A stretch of 7,375 nt of DNA, from contig NW_021828906.1 of the NCBI RefSeq assembly GCF_006345805.1, positions 1 to 7,375 on the forward strand, written 5' to 3'. Every line of letters starts with the position of its first letter. Position 1 is the stretch's first letter. Under the pieces are notes generated by a model. That model worked only from the letters and a program-made list of their open reading frames with translations. It did no database searches and had not been told where the DNA came from. This DNA comes from Octopus sinensis. Its lineage: Eukaryota. Both the position numbers and the translations under genes were made by a program. Below, in pieces: positions 7,082 through 7,375 of the stretch.

Positions 7082-7375
7082 CTTTAATAAGTCATTTTAG
7101 TCAATTTGACTGCGGCCATACTGGGGCTCCGCCCTTTTTTAAAGCCTAGTGCTTATTCTTTCGAGCTGTTTTGTCGAACCGTTAAGTAACGGGGACATAA
7201 ACACATCGAGATCGGTTGTCAAGTGATGAGGAAGGGATTGTGTGTGTGTATGTGTATACACGACGGGCTTCTTTCAGTTTCCGTCTACCAAATCCACCCA
7301 CAGGGCTTTGGTCGGCCCTAGGCTATAGTAGAAGGCACTTGCCGAAGGTGCCACGTAGTGGGACTGAACCCGGAA
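7082..7375 (-). mobile_element. SINE family AB copy, cut by the window end, with an internal deletion in its 3' half
   Basis: Aligns to 6520-6911 but lacks the TAGTCGAG...GACTTATTC segment near 7140. Confidence 0.88.

Overview
AT-rich, microsatellite-saturated, non-coding eukaryotic DNA (intron or intergenic). The repeat families resemble those of Octopus/cephalopod genomes; this is from recall, not a search. No credible protein-coding gene is present, and most listed ORFs are translations of TA/TG/CA repeats or SINEs. The window holds: several copies of a tRNA-derived SINE with an internal microsatellite; a second tRNA-SINE nested inside one of them; a mariner-derived MITE; a probable Buster/Charlie-type hAT MITE whose right end is tandemly triplicated (3 x 109 bp); a diverged ~95-bp tandem array; and a 34-bp minisatellite built from microsatellite. 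The most notable feature is an 80-bp fold-back element at 1352-1612, inserted in (TA)n. It carries two oppositely oriented minimal type I hammerhead-ribozyme-like motifs with a variant CCGAUGA core, suggesting a Penelope-like element terminal repeat (pLTR).
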